60,269 nt of DNA from an uncultured Bacteroidales bacterium. Lineage in GTDB: Bacteria; Bacteroidota; Bacteroidia; Bacteroidales; UBA1402. Made by a program: the position numbers and the translations under genes. Each line of letters opens with the position of its first letter. Position 1 is the stretch's first letter. Location: positions 1 to 60,269 of the forward strand of contig CAZAUQ010000007.1 of NCBI GenBank assembly GCA_964488495.1. The letters are read 5' to 3'. The notes below the pieces were generated by a model. That model did not search any database. It was not told the origin of the DNA and saw only the letters and a list, made by a program, of their open reading frames with translations. Below are positions 59,764 to 60,269 of this stretch, piece after piece.

Positions 59764-60269
59764 ATGTTGATTCGGCTTTATGAAGACAACCCCAATCCGA
59801 GGGTCGTGCAAAAAATCGCCAATGCTTTGCGCGAAGGCGGATTGATCATTTATCCCACCGATACGGTCTATGCCATCGGTTGCGACATTTTTCATGCAAA
59901 GGCGGTCGAAAAGATCTGCCGGCTCAAGGACAAATGCATAGGCAAAGCCAATTTGTCGTTTATTTGTCAGGATCTGAGCCATATCAGCGAGTTCGCCAAG
60001 GTGGATAATCCAACCTTTAAGCTGATGAAGAAGAACTTGCCCGGCCCTTTTACCTTTATTCTGAATGGGAGCAGTGCCCTGCCCAAATTGTTCAAACAAC
60101 GCAAAACAGTAGGCATTCGTATTCCCGACAACGCCATTGTGCGGGCTATTGTCGAGGAATTAGGCAATCCGCTGATGACTACCAGTCTGATGCAAACCGA
60201 CAACCAGGTGGAATACACCACCGATCCCGAGCTCATCGATGAACGTTTCGGGCATTTGGTCGATCTGGT
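59764..60269 (+). CDS. tsaC: L-threonylcarbamoyladenylate synthase (TsaC/YrdC family), 3' end beyond the right edge
   Basis: Not in the ORF track because there is no stop in the window. Hand translation from the ATG at 59764 gives [41 protein letters not shown]...[10 protein letters not shown] with no stops to the edge. Confidence 0.88.
   Translation, partial: MLIRLYEDNPNPRVVQKIANALREGGLIIYPTDTVYAIGCDIFHAKAVEKICRLKDKCIGKANLSFICQDLSHISEFAKVDNPTFKLMKKNLPGPFTFILNGSSALPKLFKQRKTVGIRIPDNAIVRAIVEELGNPLMTTSLMQTDNQVEYTTDPELIDERFGHLVDL

Overview
This reads as an ordinary chromosomal segment of a Bacteroidota genome; I cannot name the species. Three things support that: repeated TAnnTTTG -7 promoter boxes, with TTTG 19 nt upstream where checked; almost no Shine-Dalgarno sites; and typical gene content (HTCS-type hybrid sensor kinase, GT3 glycogen synthase, RND pump with a small associated protein). 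I support about 45 protein genes and one tRNA. From left to right they are: a hybrid sensor kinase (partial), rpsF-rpsR-rplI, mtaB, an LpxL-like acyltransferase with a GT2, an arginine-decarboxylase-like enzyme, folB, a bactofilin, nrdJ, a nitroreductase, dnaA, mlaD with an AmiC-type amidase and NamZ, an HD protein, an LptD-like protein, ung, asnA, tRNA-Arg(CCG), a GH28, a C11 peptidase, a tight housekeeping run (purA, YugP-like peptidase, hisS, lysS, gpsA, pgi, HAD), an acyltransferase, a TetR-controlled RND efflux operon, yqaA, a GntR regulator divergent from an E2-E3-fused E1 dehydrogenase complex followed by a PHP hydrolase and an aldolase-SDR fusion, GT3 glycogen synthase with alpha-glucan phosphorylase, and tsaC (partial). 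I saw no integrase, transposase, CRISPR array, restriction, toxin-antitoxin or other defence or mobile module. I did not find a convincing new system. The two best leads are the GntR-linked dehydrogenase/PHP/aldolase-SDR cluster, whose substrate is not obvious, and a tandem hairpin-repeat array between asnA and tRNA-Arg that looks like decayed copies of the tRNA promoter. All calls come from reading the ORF track and the sequence by eye, with no searches run, so family names rest on recognised motifs and memory.
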